A stretch of DNA of 64,000 nucleotides, from assembly GCF_006345805.1 (NCBI RefSeq), contig NC_042999.1, positions 113,956,001 to 114,020,000 of the forward strand, read 5' to 3'. The stretch is from Octopus sinensis. Taxonomy: Eukaryota. Below the pieces are notes generated by a model. The model had not been told where the DNA came from. It saw nothing but the letters and a program-made list of their open reading frames with translations, and ran no database searches. Numbering within the stretch: the stretch's first letter is position 1; every line of letters starts with the position of its first letter. A program made the translations under genes and the position numbers. This document shows, piece after piece, positions 63,755 to 64,000 of the stretch.

Positions 63755-64000
63755 TCTATCCATCCATCTTCTCCACTATTCCTGGGAGAATCAAGTGGGT
63801 AGAGTCCTCAGGCATTTCTTTCATAGGGTCCTATCAGAAGCAACCATCATTCAATCATTACACTTTCCAACCAGACACCCAACCAACTGAAACTATAATC
63901 CAGCCATCTCATTCTTGGTCTATCCCTAGGTCTCCTGCTGGATGGCTCAGCTTGAAGAGTCTACTTTGCAATTCTTTCCTAAAACTATTCAATGAAAACT
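63755..64000 (-). mobile_element. RTE-clade (Rex3/Expander-like) LINE 3' end, degenerate
   Basis: Minus strand translates RIAK*TLQAEPSSRRPRDRPRMRWLDY and MVASDRTL*KKCLRTLP, followed by a (GGAT)n tail at about 63758-63768. Confidence 0.75.

Overview
AT-rich eukaryotic non-coding DNA with no confidently identifiable protein-coding gene, rRNA, tRNA or CRISPR array. The SINE, MITE and microsatellite repertoire resembles what I recall of Octopus (cephalopod) genomes; this is an inference and no database was searched. The supplied ORFs come from repeats, microsatellites or decayed retroelements. Contents: (i) at least four dispersed SINE-like families: tRNA-headed CORE-like family A, (GAT)n-tailed modular family B, tRNA-headed Meta-domain-like family C, and a second CORE-like family D; (ii) a 2.3 kb higher-order tandem array built from family B (465-2787); (iii) TTAA-flanked piggyBac-type MITEs, a Tc1/mariner-type MITE, a textbook non-autonomous Helitron and a Helentron/HINE-like element; (iv) degenerate 3' fragments of R4/Dong, CRE, RTE and CR1 LINEs. 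The most striking object is a 497-bp insertion at 8199-8695. It has a 13-bp target-site duplication, a 348-bp partial tandem repeat, a roughly 85-bp inverted end, and a near-canonical minimal type I hammerhead ribozyme, i.e. a Penelope-like or retrozyme-like element. Two further degenerate hammerhead motifs lie at 41406 and 50243. An apparent excess of A-runs on the + strand and several well-formed minus-strand splice-site pairs hint that the window is intronic to a minus-strand transcript, but I could not identify it.
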